This document shows, in pieces, positions 34,541 through 47,245 of a stretch of DNA of 64,000 bases. The DNA is from Isurus oxyrinchus. Taxonomy: Eukaryota. A program made the translations under genes and the position numbers. Every line of letters starts with the position of its first letter. The first letter of the stretch is position 1. A model generated the notes under the pieces. The model saw only the letters and a list, made by a program, of their open reading frames with translations, did no database searches and had not been told where the DNA came from. The stretch covers positions 147,250,001 through 147,314,000 of the forward strand of contig JANJGN010000006.1 of assembly GCA_026770705.1 (NCBI GenBank), read 5' to 3'.

Positions 34541-34689
34541 TAATAACAATGAGCAAGAGCAGGCTGTGATGGAAATGGCTTGTCAATTTAGTTGTGAGGC
34601 TTCATTTAAAAGACACAGTAAAAAAGCATTATCATCTCATTTTCCACTAATATTAACAAGGTTGTTATAATATCATTGAATATTACTGG

Positions 34690-35170
34690 GTTTACCAGGG
34701 CTTGAAAATTGGAGCTATGAGGAGAGATTGGATAGGGTAAAGCTGCTTTCCTTAGAACAGATGAGGCTAAGGGTGACCTAATTGAGGTGTACAAAATTAT
34801 GAGGGACCCAGATAGGGTAGACAGAAAAGACTTGTTTCTCCTAGCTGAGGGGGTCAATTACCAGGAGGCAGAGATTTAAGGTGATTAGTAGAAGGATAAG
34901 AGGGGAAATGAGGAAGAACCTTTTCATCCAGAGGGTGGTGGGCATCTGGAATTCACTGCCTAAGTTGGTGGTTGAGGCTGAAACACTCAATTCATTTAAA
35001 AGGCACCTGGGTCTGCATCTGAAGTGCTGTAACCTGCAAGGCTACGGACCAGGTGCTGGAAAAAGGGATGAAAATGAGCGGCTAGTTACTTTTTCCTCTA
35101 TATTGGCCAGCGCAGACCCGATGGGCTGGATGGCCTCTTTCTGCACCATAACTTTTCCATGGTTCTATGG
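34690..35170 (+). mobile_element. CR1 3' fragment
   Basis: LRGDLIEVYKIM...RVVGIWNSLP and tail ttccatggttctatg. Confidence 0.85.
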
Positions 35171-35979
35171 TTTGGCATTTCTAAAATCCTGCTCCAAATA
35201 CTGGGAAGTCTACCTACTAGACATTAGTTCAAATAGGTAGTTCCTCTACTGCGTTCATTTCAGCTCAATCTAACAGTAGAATCACAGAATGATACAGCAC
35301 AGAAGGAGGCTATTTGACCAATTATACCCAATCCGCTTGCTGAAGGAGCCATTAATTAGTCCCATTTCCATGCCATGCAAACCTTTCCTGCTTCGGAGAC
35401 CCAATGTACATTTGGAAATCTTTCAGTAACACACATGGTGGTAGATTGCTGATACTGATTAGAGATGAATAATTGTTTCTGGAGAACTTGAAATCATTTC
35501 TGGCAGATGAACACTGTACCAAATGAAGCTATCCACACTTCACTGTTTCTGCTCTGTTAAACATTTGACTTTTCTAGGACTTCAGACAAAAATAGGCTGT
35601 TCACTGTAAGAGGGAGTGCACATTTCACTATGTGTCAAATTTACTTGGTTGATTTAAAGTAATCCTTGCAAAGCAAGTGTCCCACGTAGAAGGTGATAAA
35701 GAAGTCACCGTCATCGTGGTTCATAGCTCTGTGCTTGCGTGGGATTAATCCTGACTCAATATTGTGGGTTCAATATTGATTTCACATTATTATGTGAGTA
35801 TAGGTTCTTCAATTTTTTTACTTCACTTATTTAAAGGACCGGAATAAAAAACAATAGGATTGGTTCAGAATCAGTCATGGATGCGATTAAAAGAAGTCAC
35901 ATCAAGGGTGAAGAACATGAGTGAGTGATCTTGATAGAGTTTTCATCAGTGTACCTGCATGCACTGTACTTTCTATGGA

Positions 35980-36295
35980 CCCTCCATGACCTCACACTTC
36001 ACTATTCCAGCCCCACAAACCTCCGAGTTCTCGGTGTTCCGTCAATTCTGAACTCTTAAATTTACCTGATTTTCATCACTCCACCGATGGTGGCCATGAC
36101 TTCAGTTACCTGGGCCCTAATGTCTGAAATTCCATCCCTAAATCTCTCTACTTCTCCCTTCTCCTTTCATTTGCTTCTTAAAATGTACTTCACCAGTTCT
36201 AATATCTCCTTGTGTGGCTCAGTGTCAAATTTTATCTGCTAATGGCAGACAAATCCCTGTGAATGACCTTGAGATATTTTGTGTCAATGGTAAAG
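35980..36295 (+). mobile_element. L2-like LINE 3' fragment
   Basis: ggtggccatgacttcagttacctgggccctaatgtctgaaattccatccct (degenerate GGRAFS..GP.LWNSLP) and an L2-type tail. Confidence 0.55.
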
Positions 36296-36302
36296 ACATC
36301 AT

Positions 36303-37023
36303 GGGCTGGATTTTACAGAGGCATTGAAGGTCTCACCTGTTGGCTAGAGAACCAACGGGAGGCCCACATTGTCTCCTCTGGGAAGGCCTGTCAGTACTTA
36401 GTGCCACTTTCCTGGGATCAAAGGCTCCAGGATGGAAGACCCCCTACCGATAATTACTGGCCAATCAGAGACTGGCAGCTCTTTTGAATGGCAATTCCAC
36501 TGAGGAGGCCGTGGCTGCTGCCAGAACGACAACTACTGGAGGCCCAGGACTGAGAAGCGACCCAGACCACAGGTAAGTAATGGCGGGAGGGGTTTCACGG
36601 GGTGGGTATTGCGGAGAGAGCAGTATAGGGGTTTTGTCAGCAAGGGCACCCCCTTCCCGATGTCGCAACCCTTGATCAGGTACTGAGCCCTTTGAACAAG
36701 GGACACACACCCCCACCTCCTGAGAAGACAACAAGCAGGTCGCACAATTTTACCTGTCATGCACGCAGCATGTCGACAGACCTGCCCGCCACTGGATTAA
36801 TACCAGTGGCGGCATGATGTGGCCATTAAGTGGTCATTAATTACCCATTTAAGAGCTTTAATTGGTGGCGGGGCAGGAAATCCAATCACGGGCCTTCCCG
36901 CGCCTGACTTAATTCTAGCAAAGGCAGGAAGGTGGTGGGGTTCAGGCATGCTACCACCCCGCCTAACTGAATGCCTTTAGCTCCTCCAAACATGCCATGG
37001 GGTAGTCTATCAAATTCCACCCT
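36303..37023. mobile_element. MITE-like element with TIRs
   Basis: gggctggatttt ... aaattccaccc. Confidence 0.7.
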
Positions 37024-37136
37024 CTGCATATACTCAAGCTGTTGCTGCTGTTTCTCTCAGTCCTTGGATGACACTATAAAGCGGAATAGCCCAACATCTG
37101 TAGCGGTCACAACAGCATCGGTGGGAAGAAAAACGG

Positions 37137-37174
37137 AGTTAACGTTTCGAGTCCATGTGACTCTTCTTCAGAGC
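37137..37174 (-). ncRNA. Minimal hammerhead ribozyme motif
   Basis: CTGAAGA-a-gagtc acatg gactc-GAAAC-gtt-aact. Confidence 0.55.
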
Positions 37175-37361
37175 AGGCAGTTCACTGGATGTTACGGATG
37201 CGCTGAAGGCTCACCTGCTGACTGAAGAGCCAACGGGAGATCTACATTGGCTTGAGTGGATGGAGAGGGTGGCATTTGATAGACTCCCCTGTGGCATGCT
37301 TGGAAGAGACAAGGGCATTCAATTAGGTGGGATGTCAGCGTGCCTGAATCCTGCCACATTC

Positions 37362-37394
37362 CTGAAGAAGTCATACAGACTTGAAACGTTAACT
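37362..37394 (+). ncRNA. Minimal hammerhead ribozyme motif
   Basis: CTGAAGA-agtc ataca gact-t-GAAAC-gtt-aact. Confidence 0.5.
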
Positions 37395-38589
37395 CTGTTT
37401 TTCTCTGCACAGATGCTGTTAGACCTGCTGAGTCTTTCCAGCATTTTCTATTTTTGTTTCAGATTTCCAGCATCTGCAGTACTTTGCTTTTATCTATAGC
37501 AGTCACATGTTTCCCTAGCTGTTCCAAGAGGCATTTTAGTTGTGGGTAATCTAATTTCACTTTGGAAAGGGCTTCCCAAAATGGCAGCTTTTGATAATAA
37601 TTGACCACACTTGAAGTCTTAAGTTTTATAGTCATGCACAAAATAAAACAGCAATAGGAAGAAATCAATCGAAACTTGTCTGACACAGCTCCAGCCATCC
37701 ACAGTGTCGAAAAGGCCAGTGAACAGAGATGGAATATGGATTTTCTGTTGCTATTTGTCAAGTGATTTTGTCAAAGTGCTTTAAAGATCTGGTGAATGCT
37801 ACAGTGCAACAAATTAAAAGCAATGTTTTCTTTGAATTGGTATATTAATCATCTGTGAATAATCAGCATTGCTCCCCGTTGCTGTGAGTCATTGCAATTC
37901 TAGTCAGAAGAAAATGTCAATATGCAAAATGAAAGAAATTGGATAGCAACAATTAATGGCTTTTTGATTTAATTGCTTGGCTACGCCCAAGGATTCGAGG
38001 ACAGCAATGAGGAATAAAGGATCTGTAAATGATAAACAACAAAGAAGCAAAGATGATTATCAGCAGTTAACCTCCAGGATGCTCTTCCTTGCGTGGTCGT
38101 AGGAAGAGTTTGTAAAACAAATAACAAACTATAAGTTTTTTTTTAAATTCACCATCTGGCGTGAGGTTAAGTGTTTACCTGGTGGTCTCCCTCCCAACGC
38201 CTGTAGAATGTCAGTGGTGGCAGTGGGTACTTAATTGGCACAATTAGCCGCCTGGTGGGTGGCTGTGCCAATAGGTTCCTGCTGATGGTAATATATTATG
38301 ATGGCAGGAAGCTGTCAGGGTCCCCTCCTGATGCCTTTCACTGGTGTTTTTGCCAGCTCCCCCACCTCCCAGACTGTCTCCAAGGAGCCAGCAAAATCTA
38401 GCCCAATGAGCTGGAAACTCAACTTATAAGTAAAAGATAAAAATGTATGTTTATTTTTAATTAAATTAAATATGGAGATGTTAATTGCAATAACCATGTG
38501 AGCTGAGATGTGTAGCAAAAACCAGGGAATGAAAAATAAATGGAAGCATAGACCAAGACAAATGCATCGGCTGTGACTGATTTCAACAG

Positions 38590-38822
38590 CAAGATTTTTT
38601 CTGTCTTTGAAACCCTCTTCCACAAAAGGCGATGGAAGCAAAGTCTTTGAATATTTTTAAGGCAGAGCTGGGTAGATCCTTGATTAACAAGGTGGGTGAA
38701 AGGTTATCGGGGGTTGACAGGAATGTGGGGTTGAGGTTACATTCAGATCAGCCATGATCTTATTGAATGGTGGAGCAGGCTCGAGGGGCCGACTCCTGCT
38801 CCTAATCCGTATGTTTGTACGT
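38590..38822 (+). mobile_element. CR1 3' tail
   Basis: gatcagccatgatcttattgaatggtggagcaggctcgaggggccg...cgtatgtttgtacgt. Confidence 0.8.
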
Positions 38823-38846
38823 CAACCAAAGCAGCACAGTGACATG

Positions 38847-39000
38847 GGAGGGGACTTTTCTTGGAGCTGCTCCCATTTAGCATCTGTGACTTTGCTGGAA
38901 GACTGTTGCAAATCCCATTTATACATTGAACGAGGATTCCACTGCACTTCTGCCAAAACTACAGCAACGGACGGAAGCACCTCCAAGGAAATTCCCAGCC
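38847..39000. mobile_element. Short TIR MITE
   Basis: gggacttttcttggag ... ctccaaggaaattccc. Confidence 0.5.
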
Positions 39001-40504
39001 AGATTGTCTCATGCATATATTTAGCACAAGCATAGGAGGCTGCTCACGTCCAGGATCTGAAAGACCATTTTAGTCCATTGAACTCCAAAGTGCAGAGGCA
39101 GAATACACAGATCACTATCCATACCCCTAATTGATCTTTCTAGCCAGATATGCACCCAATTGCATCTTAAGAATATCACTTGTATGGCATGTACTCTGTC
39201 CTTTTTATTCATATTATATATAATCCATGTTTTCAACAGTTTCTTTTTGAATCCTTTCAAAGTGCCAGAATACTTTTCTTTTGGTGTTTTGTTCAAAGTT
39301 CACCTCCACCGTTGCAATCAGAATGTTCAGTTCTTTGATTCCCACGCCTGAGGCTTTCAAGCTGTAATATTTTCTACCATGTGACCTCTGTAAGCACAGA
39401 GCATACCCTGTGCCCTAATGTTGTTCTAATAGACAAAGTATAACAATAATAACATTTTTCTTCCCTTGTGTGTTTCTTTAATTTAAATTTTGGGGTAGAA
39501 ACCTACCACAAGTATGATAACAAAAGGAATATAAGTGTGAACGTGTTTTGTCCTCATTACAAAGGGCTCTTTAGTTTTGCATTGCTTGGGAGTGTAAAGA
39601 AAATGTCCCCAAGCACATGTTGTAATGCTTGAGATGAGAAAGCCCTACCCTGGATGTACTTTCCCCTTTAGATGCAGATTTCATTCTTCAATCAGCGTTA
39701 AGTCCAAACGAACCCTTTAGATCTAATCAACCACTTTCATGACAAAGTCTTTTCATGCATTTCCCAATATTTCTTTTCAAAGCACAAATTGCAATAATGC
39801 AGTCATTAAAAAGATAACACTTCTCCCAATGCTCATTATAACGTTCTCAGTTATCAAACTATTGTCATAAGTTAACTAGATACAGGATTCAGACTTTGGT
39901 TAAAATTTATGCTATAGGACTTTTGCTACAGTGTTCGACTTGCTAAAATGAGCAAAATGCTTGGCTCATAGGATTCTGTTGTATTGAGGATTTATTTCTT
40001 ATCTCATTACTTTTTCCTTTAAATTATAATAGAGCTTAGCACAAAAAGTAATAACATAAAAAAGTGGTATTATTTGGATGGACAGAACACAATTTCCAGT
40101 TACAAAAATAAAATTTCTCAAATTACAATGTTAAAATTTCTCTGCCTCTAGATTCTGTCTTCCTCACCTCAAATGTGTTTGTGATATCCTCGGATGGAAC
40201 CAAGACTCTATTGTCCTCACAGTGTACTTGCAGTTCCATTACTTTCCTCTCTCTCTAGGAACCTCATCACATCCCCATCTTAAAAGTTAGCACAGACACT
40301 CAGCCTGAGCTTTGTGGCATCTCACCCCTAATTTTCACAGTCACCCTCCACTGATGTCTGTCCTTCCCTCCTCTCCACACAATCCATTTCTCACATTCAT
40401 AACTCCCTGTTTTCTCTTCTTCTAGAAGGAGAGCAGAAAGCTCTGGGTAGCAGCAGAATCCCCATGGGTGTTGTGGGGGGTTGTGGAGGGAGGTCGGTAC
40501 GCTC

Positions 40505-40870
40505 CAATATTTAGCCACCTTGATGGCCAACGGTAACCCATGCACACCTGGTCCACTGGGAAGGAGGCCTAGTTCCAGGAGGCTGCAGATGTCAGCAACA
40601 ACGAGCCATGACTGTCTGGGTTCATGACAGGCTGGTGCTCAGGCACGTAGACAGAGCTGATCCTCTGTCCGTAGACACTGTGTTGGAGGTGTTACTTCTT
40701 TTGAGCTGGATCTCTGTGCCTATCCCTTCTGCCCTGTGAAGCGGTATGTGGTTGTTACTGTGGAGAAGGCAGCTGGCTCTGCTGTGAGTGCTGGTGTTGC
40801 TCCTGCTGCTCCTGGTGTTATTGATGTTGGCATTGCTGCTTGTCTTCTTCCTCCTCAGAGGTGTAAAGTA
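40505..40870 (-). pseudogene. Harbinger (HARBI1-like) transposase N-terminal remnant
   Basis: VYGQRISSVYVPEHQ..VVADICSLLELGLLPSGPGVHGLPLAIKVA resembles the HARBI1-type N-terminal helix region. Confidence 0.55.
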
Positions 40871-40949
40871 GAGCTGCAGAAGCTGCTCTCATGCTGCAGT
40901 GATGGCTGACAGTAGGGAGGTACAGATCAAAGTGAGTAAAGTACAAGAC

Positions 40950-41400
40950 AGGGGAACTGACTATGAGGAAAGATTGTGCCGACTAGGCCTGTATTCACCG
41001 GAGTTTAGAAGAATGAAGAGGGATCTCATTGAAACATATAAAATTATGACAGGGTTGAACAGACTGGACACTGGGATGATGTTTCCTCTGACAGGGGGGG
41101 AATAGAGCAAGGGGTCACAGTCTCAGGATACAGTGTAGGCCATTTAGGACTGAGATGAGGAGAAACTTCTTCACTCAGAGGGTGGTGAACCTTTGGAATT
41201 CTCTACCACAGACAACTGTGGAAGCTAAGTCACTGAATATACTTAAGAAGGAAATTGATATATTTCTGGGCATGAGGAGAGTGCGGAGTAATGACATTGA
41301 CAAAGAGGATAAGCCATGATCATATTGAATACTGGAGCAGGCTTGAAGGGCCGAAAGACCTACTCCTGCTCCGATTTTCTATGTTTCTATGTTTTTATGG
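40950..41400 (+). mobile_element. CR1 3' fragment
   Basis: YEERLCRLGLYS..RRMKRDLIETYKIM...FFTQRVVNLWNSL followed by the tail. Confidence 0.9.
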
Positions 41401-42049
41401 CTTCCAAGAAGTTGAAAATCAACTATCAAGCAGTGAAAGCACAGTAAGTCTCAAAACCAGTTTTTTACCTAGGTACAGCTGCAGCTATTCAGTTTCATAC
41501 TTTGAGAACTTCCAAGGCTGTCAGTTTCGCTGAAGAAGCACTCCCCACTCCAATCTTACCTGATTGACCCTGGAGAATTCCATACAGAATCCTAGGCAAA
41601 TCCTCGATTAATCGGGGATTTAAATATTAAAATGACTTGCCCAACGGCCCCACAGATGTTTCCCACTCACCTACAAACTCTCCCAGCTTAAACCTGAACA
41701 TGGGCAAGATTATGTTGGGTTCTTGGCATGGTGCTACTTACCAGTGTTTTAACGCTGCCTCACACTACCACCCACCCCCCACTACCCCCATCCCCGCCAA
41801 ATCCACCACCGGCCTGCACCCAAACCCACCTCTCCTTGAACATCAAAATCCTGATCCACTGTTTGATAAACAAATTTTTGATCAACAAAGGAATCAAAGG
41901 TTAATGGGGGCAGACTGGAAAGTGATTTAAGGCTACACCAGATCAACCATGAAATGCCTTGGAGGCTTTTACAATGAGGTACGATCTGAATGCAGGCTTT
42001 TGTTGCTGTTGTTGTAAAGGCTGTTGGTTGATATAAGAGAAATTATGAC

Positions 42050-43554
42050 TTTTTTTATTCATTCATGAGATCTGGGTGTTGCTGGCTGGGCCAGCATCTA
42101 TAGATCATTCCTAATTGCCCTTAAGAAGGTGGTGGTGAGCTGCCTGCTTGAACCGCTGCAGCCCATGTGGTGTAGGAACACCCACAGTGCTGTTAGAGAG
42201 GGAGTTCCAGGATTTTGACCCAGTGACGGTGAAGGAACAGTAATATATTTCCTAGTCAAGATGGTGGGTAGCTTGGAGGGGAACTTCCAGGTGGTGGTGT
42301 TCCCATCTATCTGCTGCCCTTGTCCTTCTAGATGGTAGTGGTCATGGGTTTGGAAGGTGCTGTCTAAGAAGCCTTGGTGAATTCCTGCAGTGCATCTTGT
42401 AGGTGGTACACACTGTTGCTACTGTGCATCAGTGGTGGAGGGAGTGACTGTTTGTGGATGGGGTGCCAATCAAGCGGGCTGCTTTGTCCTAGATGGTGTC
42501 AAGCTTCTTGGGGGTTGTTGAAGCTGCACTCATCCAGCCAATGCTGATAGAGCGGGATTCAGCAACGTTAACGCCATTGAATGCCAAGGAGTAATGGTTA
42601 GATTCTCTTTTGTTGTAAATAATCATTGCCTGGCATTTCTGTGGTATTTGAGCTTTAGGACTCAGCCAGCTCAGTCAGTAGTAGTGCTACTGTGCCACTC
42701 TTGGTGATGGACATTGAAGTCCCCCGCCTATGGTACATTCTGCACCCTTGCCACCCTCAGCGCTTCCACCAAGTGGCGTTCAATATGGAAGAGTACTGAT
42801 TCATCAGCTGAGGGGAGGGATGGGAGGGGTTGTGGGGTTGGGGGGTTGGGGATACGTGGTAATCAGCAGGAGGTTTCCTTGCCCATGTTTGACCTGATGC
42901 TATGAGATTTCACGGGGTCTGGAGTCGATGTTGAGGACTCCCTGGCAACTCTCTCCTGCAGTATACCACTGTGCCACCACCTCTGCTGGGTCTGTCTTGC
43001 CGGTGTGAATTTACTTAACCAGTGGTGGTGATGGTGGTGTCTGGGACATGATCTGCAAGGTATGATTTCGTGAGCTGTTGCGTGGCTAGTCTGTGAGGCA
43101 GCTCTCTCAATTTTGGCACAAACCCCCAAATGTTAGAAAGGAGGACCTTGCAGGGCCAACAGGGCTGAGTTTGCCATTGCCGATGTCCAGGTCAATGGTG
43201 GGTGGTCCTTCTGGTTTCATTCCTTTTATTCCATTTATAGGTTTTCTAGCAGTTTTATACAACTTAGTGGCTTGCTAGGCCATTTAAGAGTCAACCACAT
43301 CTGGAGACATATGTAGGTAAAGACAGCAGATTTCCTTCTCGAACAGTCATTAGTGAACCGGATGAGGTTTTTTTTTAAACAACAATGGCCTCTTGGCCAT
43401 CATTAGACTTTTAATTAAGATTTTTATTTATTGAATTCAAATTCCACCATCTGCCATGGAGTGACTCGATCTCCAGTCCACAAAAGCATTACTTGTGTCT
43501 CTGAATTACTGGTCCAGTGACAATACTGCTACACATTTCATCACCGTCTCCCCC
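42050..43554 (-). mobile_element. LINE-A, internally deleted, retaining tRNA head, core, APE start and 3' tail
   Basis: Head at 43554-43430, core 43400-43260, APE N-terminus 43140-42660, RT end and tail 42650-42050. Confidence 0.85.
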
Positions 43555-44326
43555 TGCTGTTCATCAACAACAAAGGCCTCAGTTTGAGGGGATCATTAAT
43601 TATGCAAAATTCCAGTTATTCCCCAAAAAGGAGTATTGTGGAGAAATGACCTGATGAGAGATTGAGTTTGAAATTGATGTACAGAAAGTAGCATGGGATC
43701 CATTACACTTGTGTGCTCCTCTCTGCCTGATGTTTGTCTATCCACTCTACCTTGGCAGTTAGTGAGTTCTCGAGTGTGGAAAGGGAAAAGCTGCCCTCAG
43801 GTGTCAGCAAAATATTATTAATTTTGTTGATGACAGATCTATGGTGACTCATAGACAGAGGATTGTGCCAATTGTCAATGAGGCTTGTATGAATTCTGTT
43901 GAAAGGCTAAGAGATTACTGATGGATTTTAATTTAGATAAATAGACAATGATTACTATTGGAGAAGAAAGCGGTAAATATATATATAGCAGGAAAAGACC
44001 ATTTTCTGTAGTTGGTCAGTGGAATTGTGGGATTAGTCAACATCATTAATGTCACAGGAAGTGATATCCATTTAAACAAATTTTAAACATAAAAACTAAC
44101 AAAATTAACTAAAAATGTAGCAAAACCATCAAAATAATGGTCAGGTTAAATTCAAATATAAACCTCATAAAGGTAACGCACATCTTATTTTTCTGAGGCC
44201 AAAAGAATAATCGATTTGGAGTGAGCATCACTTATATTTTGAAAGTATCTGTTCAGTGTGAGGAAGCTATTATTAAGGGAAATGAGTTATGAGAGTTCAT
44301 GTGGTGGTAGTGGAGTACAGATCAGA

Positions 44327-45331
44327 ACTCCTCCATCACCCACTACTCCTCAACCCCCTCCTATGGCACCACCCCATGCCCACGCAAAAGATGCAACACC
44401 TGCCCCTTCACCTCCTCTCTCCTCACCGTCCAAGGGCCCAAACACTCCTTTCGAGTGAAGCAGCATTTCACTTCCATTTCCCCCAACTTAGTTTACTGCA
44501 TTCGTTGCTCCCAATGTGGTCTCCTCTACATTGGAGAGACCAAACATAAACTGGGCGACCGCTTTGCAGAACACCTGCGGTCTGTCTGCAAGAATGACCC
44601 AAACCTCCCTGTCGCTTGCCATTTTAACACTCCACCCTGCTCTCTTGCCCACATGTCTGTCCTTGGCTTGCTGCATTGTTCCAGTGAAGCCCAACGCAAA
44701 CTGGAGGAACAACACCTCATCTTCCGACTAGGCACCTTCCAGCCTTCCGGACTGAATATTGAATTCAACAACTTTAGGTCGTGAGCTCCCTCCCCCATCC
44801 CCACCCCATTTCTGTTTCCCCCTTTCTTTTTTTTCCAATAAATTATATAGATTTTTCTTTTCCCACCTATTTCCATTATTTTTAAATATTTTAAAATCTT
44901 TTATGCTCTCCCCACCCCCACTAGAGCTATACCTTGAGTGCCCTACCATCCATTCTTAATTAGCACATTCGTTTAGATAATATCACCAACTTTAACACCT
45001 ATGTGTTCTTTTGTTCTATTGTTTGTGACATCTTTTGATGATCTGCTTCTATCATTGCTTGTTTGTCCCTACAACCACACCAACCCCCTCCACTTCTCTC
45101 TTTCTCTCTCTCCCCCCACACCCCCCGCGCCCCCCCCCCCCCCCCCCCCACCCCCCCCCCCCCCCCCACCCCCGCCCCCCACACACCTTAAACCAGCTTA
45201 TATTTCAACTCTTTCTTGGACTCACTCAAGTTCTGTCGAAGGGTCATGAGGACTCGAAACGTCAACTCTTTTCTTCTCTGCCGATGCTGCCAGACCTGCT
45301 GAGTTTTTCCAGGTAATTCTGTTTTTGTTTT
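44327..45331 (+). mobile_element. Penelope-like element, 5'-truncated (GIY-YIG + pLTR)
   Basis: NLVYCIRCSQCGLLYIGETK..LGDRFAEH. Nearly identical to 50930-51889. Confidence 0.92.
45229..45267 (+). ncRNA. Hammerhead-like motif with variant core CUGUCGA
   Basis: agtt-CTGTCGA-a-gggtc atgag gactc-GAAAC-GTC-aact. Confidence 0.5.
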
Positions 45332-45532
45332 CAATTATACTGACACCAGTGGATCTCAATGGTGGAGCAAGGTTTGGAGAAGGTAGGGGAATGGCACAAA
45401 TTGAATTGCTCATGTGGCGAGCTGGTGCAGACATGATGGGCCAAATAGCCTCCTTCTATGCTGTAGCAATTCTGTGAGTCCGAAGATTTCACAAACTTCA
45501 AGCACAGACTAGAAAATTCCTTTTTCCCAAGT

Positions 45533-46927
45533 GGGCCTGAATTTCCATAAAGATGGAAGTGCCTTAGCCAAAATGGAGCTGGAGTCCGGAATCCAGAAGT
45601 CCTTCCCCGAACCTGGTACCCACCCTTTTCAGCTGATTGGTTGGTGGGGGGGAGGTGGTGGACAGAGCATGTATTTCATACATCCGGAGTTCATGGAGGC
45701 AACATTTAAAAGTGCAGCTACCTTTAAAAATAGCCTATTCCAGTCATCAAAATTTCAGAAACATGACTTGTGGGCTTTAGGCTTTTGAGAAAAAGGTCTG
45801 AGTCTGCAGGAGTTCTTGGCGACGTAAGGTGACAACTTTGGAGTTGTTATAAATGTACATAAAAATAGATAAGCTCTGTGGATCTTATAAGATGTCAAAA
45901 TACCCTGCCCTTAAAATTTTAAAAAAGCCAGAATGCAGTTGAAAAAAAATCAGTGCTTGCAATTTCACTGGCAGTAGACATAAGCTTGAGTGCTATCATT
46001 ATTGTATTATTTCTGCTTGACTGCTTCCATAATATATCATTATGACAGTGAGGGACCTGTAAGTTCACAGTTAGATTGACAGCCCCAAGTGGTTATAAAG
46101 AGATTAGCTGTCTTTGATATAGGTCTATCGATACACATGCTTGTTTCAGAAGGAGTTAAATACCTGAAGAAAATGTTTGTTTTTAGAAAGGATTAAGTAG
46201 TTGAATTGATTTAAATATTTGAAAAGGCTTTAATCAATGAGTGTGTTGTTTTAAATATAGCAAAATCTGTAATAGAAACTTTGAAGTTTATTTTGTTTAA
46301 TCTCCCTGTGGCTCGTGAAGTCTGCTCATGGTGGATAATGGGTGAGTTGGCATGGAGTATGTTAGGGCAAGGTGGGTGGGAGGTCATGGATTGCCATAAG
46401 TTGGTAATAATTTGGCATAAGGGCAATAAAGGGGATCTGGGGTTTATGGTTTGATGAGTTGTCATTAAGTCGGTATGGAAGATGTGAGAGGCCATGAGGG
46501 TGGGTAGAGGGACATAGGTTGGCAAGAAGAGTATAAGGGGTTATGGGGGTGCTCAGAATGGCATAGGTTGCCATGGAGATATGAGGGACCATGGGGGTTG
46601 GGTGGCATGTGGTGGCATGTGTTGGCATGAATGGGGCATGGGGACCGTGTTTGGGGTGAGGCAGTACGAGGGTGCATGAGTGGGTGTAAGGAATGAGGAC
46701 AAAGTCCCAGAGCACTGAGGGGGACCCTTTAACCAGTCCTCAGCCTTCTGCAGTCTCTGTGGCTAGCTCTGAACTGTTTCTGAGGGTGGTGGGCCCCTAC
46801 TCAGGTCTGCATCCGTGCCCCCAGCCAGGAATAAAGATCTGACAGGAAAGTTTCTCCTGAGTCAGGTTTGCGGAGTCAGGAACTTTACCGGCTCTGCGGT
46901 CCTGACTCAGAAGTGAAAATTTGGCCA
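45533..46927. mobile_element. Larger TIR non-autonomous element (Harbinger-like ends)
   Basis: gggcctgaatttcc ... gaaaatttggcc, with G-rich low-complexity interior. Confidence 0.5.
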
Positions 46928-47019
46928 CATCTATCAATCTAGTGGCCTTCCTCTTAACCTTTTCCAGGGCCATTATATTACCACTATGTGAGGAGGCCAA
47001 AATTGGTCACGGTATTGGA

Positions 47020-47245
47020 GAAAGAAAAACTTGCATTTATGTAACATGTTTCACAACTTCAGGCCATCCCAAAGTGCTTTGCAGCTGATGAAATACTTTT
47101 GTACTGTAACCACTCCACACGTTTCTGTGATTCTATGATCTGAGAGATTACAGGGCCTTAGTTTAACTGAAGGAAGGCATCTCAGATACTGTAGCATTCC
47201 ATTAGTACTGCACTAATACCAACCTAGATTATAGGCCCAAGTACA
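47020..47245 (-). mobile_element. Deu-domain SINE fragment
   Basis: aaacttgcatttatgtaaca...catcccaaagtgcttt...cattagtactgcact. Confidence 0.6.

Larger units (their letters stand above)
37111..37495. mobile_element. Penelope mini-element: inverted pLTR arms around a ~185-bp spacer
   Basis: Left arm antisense (37111-37175), right arm sense (37361-37495). Confidence 0.7.

Noticed and set aside
44999-45316. Poly-proline/glycine ORFs
   Set aside because: Translation of the poly-C tract in a PLE untranslated region.
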